A DNA stretch of 64,000 nucleotides, from positions 36,426 through 100,425 of the forward strand of contig CAYZES010000001.1 of the NCBI GenBank assembly GCA_964477845.1. Direction: 5' to 3'. Shown one piece after another: positions 40,325 through 49,619 of this stretch. The notes beneath the pieces were generated by a model that saw only the letters and a list, made by a program, of their open reading frames with translations, had not been told where the DNA came from and did no database searches. A program made the translations under genes and the position numbers. The stretch's first letter is position 1. Every line of letters begins with the position of its first letter. Origin of the DNA: an uncultured Dehalococcoidia bacterium. Lineage in GTDB: Bacteria; Chloroflexota; Dehalococcoidia; Lucifugimonadales; UBA2962.

Positions 40325-41100
40325 CACCTGGCCCCTCCCGGCCGTATCTCGAGCGTCTGGCCGGCGCTTGCGACCATGACCTCGGTTCCCAGGCCGCCGG
40401 CCATGGCGGCGATCTCGCTGCGCACGGCCGCCTCCCACGGCGGGTTCATGTGGGTGACTATGACCCTTGGAAGGTACCCTCGCGCCTCGCGAAACGCCGC
40501 GAGCTCGGCCTCAAGGAGCCGGGGGGTCAGATGGCCCAGCTCTACGGCGGCCTCCTGGTTGTCGTTGCCGTAGGTGACCTCCGTGAGAAGGGCGTCGGGC
40601 TCGATCCGCCTCCAGACGTCCTTTAGCCCGGGGCCCGTGTCGCCGGTATAGAAAAGGCATGCCGATCCGTCCGAGACCCCGTAGCCGGCGCACGGCACGC
40701 TGTGGCGCATCCTGAAGGCCCGCACGCTGTGCCCGCCCACGAGGAAGGTCTCCCCTTCGCTTACCGGCCGCACTGTGGGACCGGCGGGCGCGCCCGCCGA
40801 CCCGGTGTCCGGTATGTATCGGCCGACTATGGACTCGAGGGTCTCGGCGAGGCCGTAGACGTCGAACGAGGCGCCTGCGGCGGCAAGGCTGTGCCTGAGG
40901 GCCGGCAGATCCCGCACGTGATCGTTGTGTTCGTGTGTGATCAGGACGGCGCCTATCCGGCGCTGCTCGTCGAAGGTGAGTGAGCGCGAGATCGAGCCTG
41001 CGTCCAGGGCGAGCACGTCGTCGATCAGGTAGCCGGCCAGCCGGGTTGCCTCGCTCTCCATGTTGTGGACGCCCAGAACGCGGAGCTTCATCCGCGCCAT
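40324..41100 (-). CDS. MBL-fold metallo-hydrolase
   Basis: MARMKLRVLGV..., HxHxDH motif ITHEHNDHVRD. The long N-terminal extension in the track is Arg/Pro-rich and overlaps the upstream gene. Confidence 0.75.
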   Translation of the reverse strand: MARMKLRVLGVHNMESEATRLAGYLIDDVLALDAGSISRSLTFDEQRRIGAVLITHEHNDHVRDLPALRHSLAAAGASFDVYGLAETLESIVGRYIPDTGSAGAPAGPTVRPVSEGETFLVGGHSVRAFRMRHSVPCAGYGVSDGSACLFYTGDTGPGLKDVWRRIEPDALLTEVTYGNDNQEAAVELGHLTPRLLEAELAAFREARGYLPRVIVTHMNPPWEAAVRSEIAAMAGGLGTEVMVASAGQTLEIRPGGAR

Positions 41101-41150
41101 TCTAGGCTCGGCGGGTCGCTGCCACAATCGGCAGCGGTTCCCCGGGGCCG

Positions 41151-42551
41151 CTAGGGGGGGGTGTCGTAGCGCGGGTCGAAGCCCTCGGGCTCTTGACCGG
41201 CCGACCGGCGGGCGGAGCGCCGGCGGCGCAGCAGCCAGCCGCCACCTGCCACCGCCGCGGCGAACGAGGCCGCAAGGGCGAGCAGCAGGGAGGTTCCGAA
41301 GGTGCCCGGGTCGGCGCGAAGGGACGGCTCGTACTGATCGGCCTCGCGGTCCGGCTCCTGGCGCCCGGCAGGCTCGGCGGGCGGCGTAGGGGCCGCCGAG
41401 GGATCGGTGTCGGTCGACCGGCCCTTTGCGATCGGAGGCGCACCTATCGCTGCCCGCCACTCGTCCTCGATCTGGAGGGGATCGATGCCGTAGGCGAGCC
41501 TGATCGCGTCCTCGAACCGGGTGCCCGCGCTGACCTCTGCGATCACCTCGGTGACCTTCTCCTCGCCGTAGGCCTCGATCATGTAGGCGACCAGGCTCCG
41601 GGCCTGGGCGTAAAAGAGCCTCACGTCACCGGGTCGCCCGGGCTGGCCCCGCATCGAGGACAGCGTGAGCAGAGACCCGGTCCGCGCCGCCGAAAGGACG
41701 GCGGGGTTGGTGCCCTGCGAGCCCGGTTCGAAGTACATCGCAAGGCCCTCGTTGTACCAGGCCGGGATCCTGCCGAGCGGGGAGGCTATCGCCTCGTCGA
41801 GCAGCAGGTGGGCCATCTCGTGCATCATGCCCCTGACGCCGACCCCGGCCAGCAGGAAAAGGTCGAAATCGACGTAGGCGAATCCTGCGTACAGGTGGCT
41901 GTCGGTGGCCGCCCGGCTGATCGGCGCAAAGCTGCGGGAGGCCTCTGCGCGGTCGTTGATGATGACGGCGCGCATCACGGGCGCAGATTCCAGCCCCAGC
42001 ACCCGCCGGACCCCGGCGAGCCGGCGGTCCACCTCCGCGGCGGCGGCCTCGACCTCCGAGCGCGGGCGGTCATGCCAGAGCACCTCGATGGACTCCAGTT
42101 TCATCGACTGCCAGTCGAACCTGGGGTCGAGGTAGGTCAGGCGGTAGCTGTCGGACCTGAGGGAGCGCCCCGATGCGTTCTCGATGCGGTAGTGGTACTC
42201 GATGTCGAGGCCGCTCGGCAGGTAGGCGGCGCGGTCGCTGTCGACGGTGAAGGTGGCCGTGACGGCGGTTCCCGGATCGAAGGCCGGGTAGCCGTAGACG
42301 TAGTATGGGCGGTCGCCGAGGCGGTAGTGGATGGAGATGCCTGTTATCGGGTCGTCCGATTCGGCCCTCAGCGTGAACTGGATGTGGCTCGGGAACAGCA
42401 CCGTGTGGTCCGAGGAGACGATGCGTATCGCGGCCGGCGCGTCGACGCCGGGGCTCTGTGCGGCGGCCGCATCTCCTTCACCGGGCGGGGCCGCGGCGAG
42501 GAGGGTCGCCGCGAGGACGGCGAGTCCGGCCGTGAGGATCGCTCTGTTCAT
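41151..42551 (-). CDS. Secreted, C-terminally anchored MA-clan zinc peptidase-like protein
   Basis: Signal peptide MNRAILTAGLAVLAATLLAAA, HExxH (MMHEMAHLLLDEA), Pro-rich linker, then a TM segment LLLALAASFAAAVAGGGWLL followed by RRRRSARRS. Confidence 0.65.
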   Translation of the reverse strand: MNRAILTAGLAVLAATLLAAAPPGEGDAAAAQSPGVDAPAAIRIVSSDHTVLFPSHIQFTLRAESDDPITGISIHYRLGDRPYYVYGYPAFDPGTAVTATFTVDSDRAAYLPSGLDIEYHYRIENASGRSLRSDSYRLTYLDPRFDWQSMKLESIEVLWHDRPRSEVEAAAAEVDRRLAGVRRVLGLESAPVMRAVIINDRAEASRSFAPISRAATDSHLYAGFAYVDFDLFLLAGVGVRGMMHEMAHLLLDEAIASPLGRIPAWYNEGLAMYFEPGSQGTNPAVLSAARTGSLLTLSSMRGQPGRPGDVRLFYAQARSLVAYMIEAYGEEKVTEVIAEVSAGTRFEDAIRLAYGIDPLQIEDEWRAAIGAPPIAKGRSTDTDPSAAPTPPAEPAGRQEPDREADQYEPSLRADPGTFGTSLLLALAASFAAAVAGGGWLLRRRRSARRSAGQEPEGFDPRYDTPP

Positions 42552-42565
42552 AGCTGGGTCTCGGG

Positions 42566-43222
42566 CTAAATGCCCGTTAAACGGATGGAGGCGTGCGCCC
42601 TGTAGATGCGGTTGACGTTCAGCAGCAGGGCGGTCAGGTCCTCGGCGTAGCGCGCGTTCACGAGTCCGCCTCCGTCGATCGCCCTTGCTCCGGGTATGAG
42701 GCCCGTGAGGTCTGCGACCTCGGACCTTGCGCGCTCGTCATCAGAGAATACGAAAACGTCGGAGTCGACGGATCTGTCCGGCCTGAGCAGGTCCAGCGCG
42801 GACAGGTTGTGGAACGCGGCCGCTACCCGCGAGTCCGGAAGGAGCTGTGCCGCCTGAAGGGCCGCCGAGCCCTCGGGCACCCGCACCGCCGTGGCGGCCC
42901 CTCCATCGAAGGCCAAGGGGGCAACGACGGTTACAACGAGCTTACCCGCGAGGCTGGGACCGATCGATTCCAGCGTCGGGCGTTGGCCCTGGTAGGGGAC
43001 CGCGATGAACACGACGTCGGATGCAGCTGCGACCTCGTCGTTGAGGGCCCCTGCGACCGAGCCCTCCGGAATCTTGCCGGCGATCTTGGCCACCGCGTCG
43101 GTCGCCCGCTCGCGCTGGCGGGACCCGATCATGACGCCCCGCCCGGCCAGGGCGAATCTGAGCGCAAGGCCCCGGCCCTCCGGCCCGGTGCCGCCCACAA
43201 ATCCGATGGTCTGCGTCGACAT
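42566..43222 (-). CDS. npdG: NADPH-dependent F420 reductase
   Basis: IGFVGGTGPEGRGLALRFALAGRGVMIGSR Rossmann N-terminus. Length and pattern are typical of the NpdG/FNO family. Confidence 0.75.
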   Translation of the reverse strand: MSTQTIGFVGGTGPEGRGLALRFALAGRGVMIGSRQRERATDAVAKIAGKIPEGSVAGALNDEVAAASDVVFIAVPYQGQRPTLESIGPSLAGKLVVTVVAPLAFDGGAATAVRVPEGSAALQAAQLLPDSRVAAAFHNLSALDLLRPDRSVDSDVFVFSDDERARSEVADLTGLIPGARAIDGGGLVNARYAEDLTALLLNVNRIYRAHASIRLTGI

Positions 43223-43368
43223 CCGTCAATTGTCCCCTTCGCGCCGTGGGAACCGCAAGCGGCCGATTGCACCCCTCGGGGGCCGCCTTTACAATGTGCC
43301 GGCCCGTGCCCTGCCCCTCGTAGGCGGTGCGCCGGGGCGCGCGGGTACTAGACAGAGGAGGAGCGAGG

Positions 43369-45384
43369 ATGGCCGAGTTCGGCTCTGACAAGCTGCGCAA
43401 TGTTGCCCTGGTATCGCATGGCGGGGCGGGCAAGACGATGATCGCCGAGGCGATGCTGTTCGCCGCCGGCCAGACGTCCCGGCTCGGCAGCACTGACGAG
43501 GGAACGACGGTCTCCGACTACGAGCCCGAGGAGATCAAGAGGACCGCGAGCGTCCAGTTGTCGGTGATCCCGGTAAGGACTGCGGGACACAAGCTCAACA
43601 TCCTGGATACGCCGGGGTTCGCGGACTTTCGGGGCGGCGTGGTCTCCGCGCTCCGGGTCGCCGACGCCGTGGTGGAGGTGGTGTCCGCGCCGGCCGGCGT
43701 GGAGGTCGGGACACTGCAGACCTGGCACATGGCGGGTGAGGCGGGCCTGCCGCGGCTGATCTTCGTCAACAAGATGGACCGCGAAAACACCGACTTCGAC
43801 CGCGCCATGGAATCGATAACCGAGGCCTTCGGCAGGGAGAGCGTGGCCGTAAATGTGCCTGTCTGGGATGGCACCTCGTTTGCGGGGGTCCACGACATAC
43901 TCGCAAAGGACCCGCCGCCGGAGGCGGCCGATCGCGCCGAGGCGGCCTATGAGAGGCTGGTAGAGGCGGTCGCAGAGAGCGACGACGACCTTGCGACCAA
44001 GTACCTGGAGGGAGAGGAACTCTCCCGGGAGGAGGTTTCGGCAGGTCTCAGGAGCGCGGTTGCCGACGGCACCGTGATACCCGTCCTGTTCGGATCGGCC
44101 GCGGCGGGCGTCGGAGTCGCCGAGCTGACCGGGGCGCTGATCTCCCTTTGCCCGTCTCCGGCCGATGCGGGCGGGCAGAGGGCGGATGAGAGGGGCGAGG
44201 CGGGCGACGCACTGGCGGCCCTGGTGTTTAAGACCACCGCGGACCCGTTCGTGGGCAAACTCTCCTACTTCAGGGTCATGTCCGGCACCTTCCGCGGCGA
44301 CTCGCATGTCTGGAACGCGGCGCCCGGCCAGAGCGAGCGGGTCGGCCAGGTTTTCGTCGTGACGGGCAAGGACACCGAGGCGGTCACGGAGTTCGGCCCG
44401 GGCGACATCGGGGCGGTTTCCAAGCTCAGCTCGGTCGAGACCGGACACACGCTTACCGACAAGGACGGCCCGGTCGTCCTTGATGGCCTGACCTTCCCGG
44501 ACCCGGTCTACACGATGGCGGTCCGTCCCACGGCCAAGACCGACGTGGACAAGCTCACCAGTGCCCTGGCCCGCATCGCCGAGGAGGATCCGACGCTGAG
44601 GGTCGAGCGCCAGCAGGACACCGGCGAACTCCTGATCGCGGGGCTCGGCGACGTGCATATCCTGGTGGCGATGGAGAAGATGGATCGCAAGTTCGCCGTC
44701 TCCGTCGATCTCGCCGTGCCCAGGGTGGCCTACAAGGAGACCATCCGATCCACCTCAAGGGTGGAGCACAAGCACAAAAAGCAGTCCGGCGGTCACGGCC
44801 AGTACGGCCATGTCTGGCTGGAGATCGAGCCCCTGCCCAGGGGCGAAGGATTCGAGTTCCAGTCCAAGGTCGTCGGCGGCTCCGTTCCCCGCGAGTACAT
44901 CCCGTCGGTGGAAAAGGGCGTGTCCAGGGCGATGGGCGAGGGCGTACTCGCCGGCTTCCCGGTCGTCGACATCAAGACCACCCTCGTCGACGGCAGCAGC
45001 CACCCGGTCGATTCGTCGGGCATCTGCTACGAGATCGCCGGGTCCCAGGCCCTGCAAAAGGGCATCAAGGCGGCCGATCCCATACTCCTTGAGCCGATCA
45101 TGATGCTTGAGGTGACCGTTCCGGACGACGCTGCCGGAGACATCATGGGTGATCTCAACGGCCGCAGGGGCCGCATCCAGAGCATGACGCCCCGGGGCGA
45201 TGGTACGACGGTGATCGAGGCCGAGGTTCCCCAGTCCGAGGTCCTGCAGTACGCGACGGACCTGCGGTCTCAAACCCAGGGCCAGGGGACCTTCACACTG
45301 ACGCTGGCACGGCTGGAGCCCGTGCCGGACCACCTGGCCGGCCGGATCGTAGAGACCCATGAGCAGGAGGCCGCGGCGGTCTAG
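43369..45384 (+). CDS. Elongation factor G paralog (EF-G2-like)
   Basis: SD GAGGAGGAG before ATG 43369. G1 variant VSHGGAGKTMIAEAML, DTPGFADF, NKMDR, all five EF-G domains, GRRGRIQSM. Confidence 0.85.
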   Translation: MAEFGSDKLRNVALVSHGGAGKTMIAEAMLFAAGQTSRLGSTDEGTTVSDYEPEEIKRTASVQLSVIPVRTAGHKLNILDTPGFADFRGGVVSALRVADAVVEVVSAPAGVEVGTLQTWHMAGEAGLPRLIFVNKMDRENTDFDRAMESITEAFGRESVAVNVPVWDGTSFAGVHDILAKDPPPEAADRAEAAYERLVEAVAESDDDLATKYLEGEELSREEVSAGLRSAVADGTVIPVLFGSAAAGVGVAELTGALISLCPSPADAGGQRADERGEAGDALAALVFKTTADPFVGKLSYFRVMSGTFRGDSHVWNAAPGQSERVGQVFVVTGKDTEAVTEFGPGDIGAVSKLSSVETGHTLTDKDGPVVLDGLTFPDPVYTMAVRPTAKTDVDKLTSALARIAEEDPTLRVERQQDTGELLIAGLGDVHILVAMEKMDRKFAVSVDLAVPRVAYKETIRSTSRVEHKHKKQSGGHGQYGHVWLEIEPLPRGEGFEFQSKVVGGSVPREYIPSVEKGVSRAMGEGVLAGFPVVDIKTTLVDGSSHPVDSSGICYEIAGSQALQKGIKAADPILLEPIMMLEVTVPDDAAGDIMGDLNGRRGRIQSMTPRGDGTTVIEAEVPQSEVLQYATDLRSQTQGQGTFTLTLARLEPVPDHLAGRIVETHEQEAAAV

Positions 45385-45411
45385 GGGCCCCTGCGGGGCC
45401 GGGGGACGTGA

Positions 45412-45858
45412 TCAGTCCGGCGTGCGCTGGCTGGTCCAGATCGTATGGTAGTTCTGGCCCATCACGACCCGGGCAAGCTCGGCCTTCTCCTGGCGCATCA
45501 GCTCCTCCATGACCCGCGGCATGTACTCGCCGGGTGAAGGATGGCCCGCCTTGGCGAGCTGGTCGATCAGCTGCTGCCATATGCCGTGGGTCTCAAGGCT
45601 CTCGACGTAGCGCGGCCACCCGATCACCGAAAGGCTGTGACGGCGCGGAAAGCCGGGACGCAGCCTGCGGATCGCCCGCATGCGCTCCTGCGGGGAGGCC
45701 ACCATCGGCATTATCTTTACCATCGGGCCCGAGTGCTCCGTGGAGCGCAGGTCCACGACGAGCGACTTTCGGAACATCGGGAAGAAGATCGACAGCACCT
45801 CAGCCTCGCTGATGTCGATCAGGATTTCATTGACGTCTAGCTCGAAATCTCCCTCCAT
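45412..45858 (-). CDS. Hypothetical protein
   Basis: 148 aa from ATG 45858 (MEGDFELDVNEILIDISEAEVLSIFFPMF...). No motif I recognise. Co-oriented downstream of etfBA. Confidence 0.45.
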   Translation of the reverse strand: MEGDFELDVNEILIDISEAEVLSIFFPMFRKSLVVDLRSTEHSGPMVKIMPMVASPQERMRAIRRLRPGFPRRHSLSVIGWPRYVESLETHGIWQQLIDQLAKAGHPSPGEYMPRVMEELMRQEKAELARVVMGQNYHTIWTSQRTPD

Positions 45859-45974
45859 CAAGGGGCGTTCTCCAGGTGAAATTGGGCGAGCCGAAAAGGT
45901 CCTGGGCGGACCTGGCACGCAGCCGACTCTTCCATGTTACGCGCTCGGCGGCGAGATCGCCACAGCACGCCGAT

Positions 45975-46955
45975 TCAGCCTCCTCTGAGATCATTCACGG
46001 TCGCCAGGAACGCCGGTAACACCGCCTTCCAGTCCCCGACGATGCCGTAGCGGGCCTCCCTGAAAATGCTGGCCCGCTCGTCGGTGTTCACCGCGACGAT
46101 GTTCCTTGCCCCGGTGCAGCCCGCGATGTGCTGGCTGGCACCGGAGATCCCAAAGGTAATGTACAGATCCGGGGTGATCGTCTTGCCCGTGAGCCCCACC
46201 TGGTGGGAGTGGTCTATCCATCCCGCATCGCAGGCCGCGCGCGACGCGCCGACCGCGCCTCCGAGCGCCCCTGCCAGCTCGCGAAGCTGCTCAAAGGGCT
46301 CGGGGCCGCCGAGTCCCCTGCCACCGCCTATGACGACCGCCGCGTCCTCCAGGCTGATGCCGGCGGCGTCCTGCCGCACGCGGCGGATCGACCTCACCCT
46401 GATGCGCCCAGGGTCGAGGGAGGGGCGCACGCTGGTCACCTCTCCCGACCTTGACGGGTCGAGCTCAAGGGGATCGTAGGCGTTGCCCCGGACCGTGATG
46501 ACGGCAGGTCGGTCGTCCGGCAGCGATACCCTGGCGACGGCGTTGCCCCCGTACACCGGCCGCTCAGCCGCCAGCCGGCCGCCTTCCTCGAGTCCGACCG
46601 AGGTGCAGTCCTGCGCCAGTGCCGCATCGAGCCGTGCGGCGAGGCGGGGCCCGATCTCGGACCCGACGTCGGTTCTCGAGACCAGGACCACCGTCGGCCG
46701 GTACTGGCGGCAGACCTGCTCGTAGCACTGCAGCTGGGCGTCGCGACCGCCGGCCTGAACGTCCCCGGCGTCGTCGACCAGGTACGCGCTGTCCGCACCG
46801 GCGGCTATTGTGGCAGCGGCCGATTCAGCCCCGCCGATCACCACTGCGGACACCTCCACCGCCAGCGCTCGTGCGAGCGCGATCATCTCGGCCGAGCCCT
46901 GCTCCAGCCGGCCGTCCTGCGCAAGCTCTCCGATCACCAGGGCCCGCTCGATCAG
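45975..46955 (-). CDS. etfA: Electron transfer flavoprotein alpha subunit
   Basis: FAD-binding C-terminal half (GASRAACDAGWIDHSHQVGLTGKTITPDLYITFGISGASQHIAG). Start uncertain: there is no ATG, and candidates are CTG 46955 (overlapping the etfB stop, 7 nt after GGAGG) or GTG 46937. Confidence 0.8.
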   Translation of the reverse strand: MIERALVIGELAQDGRLEQGSAEMIALARALAVEVSAVVIGGAESAAATIAAGADSAYLVDDAGDVQAGGRDAQLQCYEQVCRQYRPTVVLVSRTDVGSEIGPRLAARLDAALAQDCTSVGLEEGGRLAAERPVYGGNAVARVSLPDDRPAVITVRGNAYDPLELDPSRSGEVTSVRPSLDPGRIRVRSIRRVRQDAAGISLEDAAVVIGGGRGLGGPEPFEQLRELAGALGGAVGASRAACDAGWIDHSHQVGLTGKTITPDLYITFGISGASQHIAGCTGARNIVAVNTDERASIFREARYGIVGDWKAVLPAFLATVNDLRGG

Positions 46956-47740
46956 ATGAGTCCCTCCTCCCTCAGCCTGAGCGCGAGCAGGCGGCCGGAA
47001 TCGGCCCCGTTTTCGCCCTCGATAAACTCGCACAGGCGGCTCGATTCCGGCACATACAGCTCGCGCAAATCGCACCTTGGCGCAAGGCGGTCCGGGTCGA
47101 GCCCAAGGTCCTGGGGGCTCATCACCGTCGGTTGCTTTCTGCCGGCGGCCATGATTCCGCGAAGGGTCGGGTACCTGGGCGGACCCAGCTCGTTGCTGAC
47201 GGTGACCACCGCCGGTAGGTCGGCCTCTATCTCCTCGTATCCGGATGACAGCACGCGCTCTGCGCGCACGGCGCTGCCTTCGACGGTCACGTGCTGCGCG
47301 AACGGCAGGCAGGCGAATTCGAGCATCTCGGCGAGGATGAGCGGGACCTGCGCGTTGTCCCAGTCGGAGGCCTGGCGGCCGCACAGGATGAGATCGGCAT
47401 CGAGCTCGCGGGCCGCCCGCGAGAGCACGTAGGCGGTGGCGAACGCGTCCAGGTCGGCAAGCTCCGGGGCCTGAACCAGCACGAGGTCGTCTGCGCCCAT
47501 GGACAGGGGCTTTTTGATCACGTCCATCGCAAACCCGTCCCCCACCGAAAGGACGGTGACGGCGGCGCCCGTGGCGTCCTTGATCCGAAGGGCCGCCTCC
47601 GTGGCGTTCTCGTCGAATCCGTTGACGACCGGCGGGACCCCGGGAGCCGCAACCACCCTCATCAGGTCTGGATCGATCCTAAATGCCGAGAGTGGGGTCT
47701 CGGGGTCGATGACCTGTTTGGCGCAGACGACGATCTTCAC
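46952..47740 (-). CDS. etfB: Electron transfer flavoprotein beta subunit
   Basis: GTG 47740 gives VKIVVCAKQVIDPETP. Followed immediately by etfA. Confidence 0.85.
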   Translation of the reverse strand: MKIVVCAKQVIDPETPLSAFRIDPDLMRVVAAPGVPPVVNGFDENATEAALRIKDATGAAVTVLSVGDGFAMDVIKKPLSMGADDLVLVQAPELADLDAFATAYVLSRAARELDADLILCGRQASDWDNAQVPLILAEMLEFACLPFAQHVTVEGSAVRAERVLSSGYEEIEADLPAVVTVSNELGPPRYPTLRGIMAAGRKQPTVMSPQDLGLDPDRLAPRCDLRELYVPESSRLCEFIEGENGADSGRLLALRLREEGLI

Positions 47741-48017
47741 GGTGGACGGTCGGAAGGTAGCACCGGCCCCTGAGGGTGTCAAACGCGCCCGGCCGACCTA
47801 CAGAAGACCCTTTTCAGCCGATCGCAGCCCCGGGAGGACGGGTCTGAAATGTAGAACAACAGTGCCATAGAGTGACTCGCATCCGACACCGTGATGAGGC
47901 TATCCATCGCATGGTGGCGCGGTCCATGGGAATCCTTCCCAGGTCTGTAGCGGACGGCCGGGCACGATAGAGAAGAAGATCACAACTGAAAAAGGCGGCG
48001 ATTTCCTGAAATGAGTC

Positions 48018-48046
48018 TTGACAAAGTTTCAAACAATGTTTATCAA
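48018..48046 (+). promoter_or_regulatory. Sigma-70-type promoter candidate (TTGACA-N17-TATCAA) for the zinc-ribbon gene
   Basis: In a low-GC island. The TTG 'start' of track ORF 48018 is the -35 box itself. Confidence 0.45.
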
Positions 48047-48116
48047 TTGTCTAAATTTGACACCTGTGGCGTTATGGCCGGTCAGACGGCCCGCCACACG
48101 GTTGGGGAGGGGCGCA

Positions 48117-48617
48117 ATGGTCATCCAGGCCACACCGACTACATTCCGGCCGGCGATACCGCCACCGCCCGCACCGGCGCGGGTTGAGCCGCGCCCCAAC
48201 GCGGTAGCGCGCCCGATACGCGAGCAGAGCGGCCACGTCCGGTGCCCTCGCTGCTACGACGCCCTGGTAAAGGGATTTCAAGAGCCGGAATGCCTCAAGT
48301 GCGGTTACGTCGACTACGGCCACCAGGAACGGTCCAGCAACGGGCGGCCAAAGAACCTGGTTAGCGCCGGCGCCACCTACGTCCTGCGCTACGTGGGCGA
48401 CTCGCCTCAGCTGGCGCACACGCTCACCTACGTCCAGGCCGTGCGGCTGCGCAACAGGGCGGTCTACGAGGTGACCTGCCCGTTCTGCTCGACCCTGATG
48501 GAACAGTCCTCGCTATCGGGAAAGCGCCGGGACATACGCGAGGAGCGCTTTAAGTGCCACCAGGGCCACAGGGTTTCCCTTACGCCGGGTAAAAACCGCT
48601 CGCTGGGCTGGAAGTAG
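48117..48617 (+). CDS. Two-domain zinc-ribbon protein, unknown function
   Basis: GGGGAGGGG SD before ATG 48117. Pro-rich N-terminus, CPRCYDALVKGFQEPECLKCGYVDY, then a second metal site CPFC-x21-CHQGH. Confidence 0.6.
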   Translation: MVIQATPTTFRPAIPPPPAPARVEPRPNAVARPIREQSGHVRCPRCYDALVKGFQEPECLKCGYVDYGHQERSSNGRPKNLVSAGATYVLRYVGDSPQLAHTLTYVQAVRLRNRAVYEVTCPFCSTLMEQSSLSGKRRDIREERFKCHQGHRVSLTPGKNRSLGWK

Positions 48618-48639
48618 GGCCGCAGCCGAACTGCTCAGG

Positions 48640-48671
48640 CCGGGGAGCCGCAGGTTCTCCGGTCTTTTTTT
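48640..48671 (+). terminator. Intrinsic terminator (7-bp stem plus T7 run)
   Basis: CCGGGGA-gccgcaggt-TCTCCGG followed by TCTTTTTTT, 22 nt after the stop at 48617. Confidence 0.7.
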
Positions 48672-48700
48672 CGCCCCCTGCCGCCCGTACACTTGCGCCT

Positions 48701-49567
48701 ATGGCCAAGGTCGTCGAGCGCTGCGAGCAGGCCGGGGACGGGCACGTGTTCGTGTGCGACTTCTCCCCGCCGAGGGGTGGGGATCCGGCGCTGCTGTCCG
48801 GTGCGGCGGACCTTCCCGCGGACTTCATCTCGGTCGCGTACAACCCCGGCAAGTCCCCCAGGCTGAACCCGGTGTCCGGCGCGCACTGGATTGCCCGAAA
48901 CACGGGGAGGGACGTGCTGTTCACCGTCTCTACCCGGGACATGAACAGGATGGCCATCCAGGGCATGCTGCTTGGCGCCGACCTTCTGGGCCTTGAGAAC
49001 GTGGTGGTCGTAAGGGGCGACCCTTACCGGGCCGGGGACCTGGGCTGGGCGGTCCCTGTCGACGATTACCGGCCCACCGAGATGATCGCGGACGTCAGGG
49101 GGCTCAATGAGGGAGTGGACTTCAGGGGTCTGAAGCTGAGGTCCCGCTCCGGCTTCTGCGTCGGCGCGACGATAGACCTGGGGATGCCGCTACAGGCTCA
49201 GGTGGGCCTGACGCGCCGGAAGGTGGAATCGGGCGCCGAGTTCTTCCTGCTGCAGGCCCTGTTTGAGCCGTCGGTGCTCGCCCGCTTCGCCGAAACCTAC
49301 GCCGACGCCTGGGGCGAGGAACTGGGGCGGCCCATCTTCTGCGGCGTTCAGGTGCCGGTGCCTGACGGCGTGACCTTCGGACCCCTGCCGGACTGGGTGA
49401 CCGCCGCGATGGACGGGGGAAGGGACGGCGTTGACATAGCCGTTGAGCTGATCGACCGCTACGCAGAGGCCGGCTACAGGAACGTGTATCTTGTCCCCCC
49501 GATCTTCAGGGGAGGCCGCCGCGACTACGAGTCTGCGGCGCGGGTCCTGCGGGCCTTCGGGCGGTGA
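48701..49567 (+). CDS. Methylenetetrahydrofolate reductase-family protein
   Basis: FVCDFSPPRG, ISVAYNPG, FTVSTRDMNRMAIQGMLLGADLLGLENVVVVRGD. TACACT lies 7 nt before the ATG (leaderless-type). Confidence 0.75.
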   Translation: MAKVVERCEQAGDGHVFVCDFSPPRGGDPALLSGAADLPADFISVAYNPGKSPRLNPVSGAHWIARNTGRDVLFTVSTRDMNRMAIQGMLLGADLLGLENVVVVRGDPYRAGDLGWAVPVDDYRPTEMIADVRGLNEGVDFRGLKLRSRSGFCVGATIDLGMPLQAQVGLTRRKVESGAEFFLLQALFEPSVLARFAETYADAWGEELGRPIFCGVQVPVPDGVTFGPLPDWVTAAMDGGRDGVDIAVELIDRYAEAGYRNVYLVPPIFRGGRRDYESAARVLRAFGR

Positions 49568-49619
49568 GGCGTTCTGAAGAACGCTCCCGGGCGGGCCGGG
49601 TGAGCTAGAGAGGAGAAAG

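Noticed and set aside
48057-48062. Second TTGACA box as an independent promoter for the zinc-ribbon gene
   Set aside because: No acceptable -10 lies 16-18 nt downstream; only TATGGC occurs, at 10 nt. It may be an UP-like or regulatory element, but that is unsupported.
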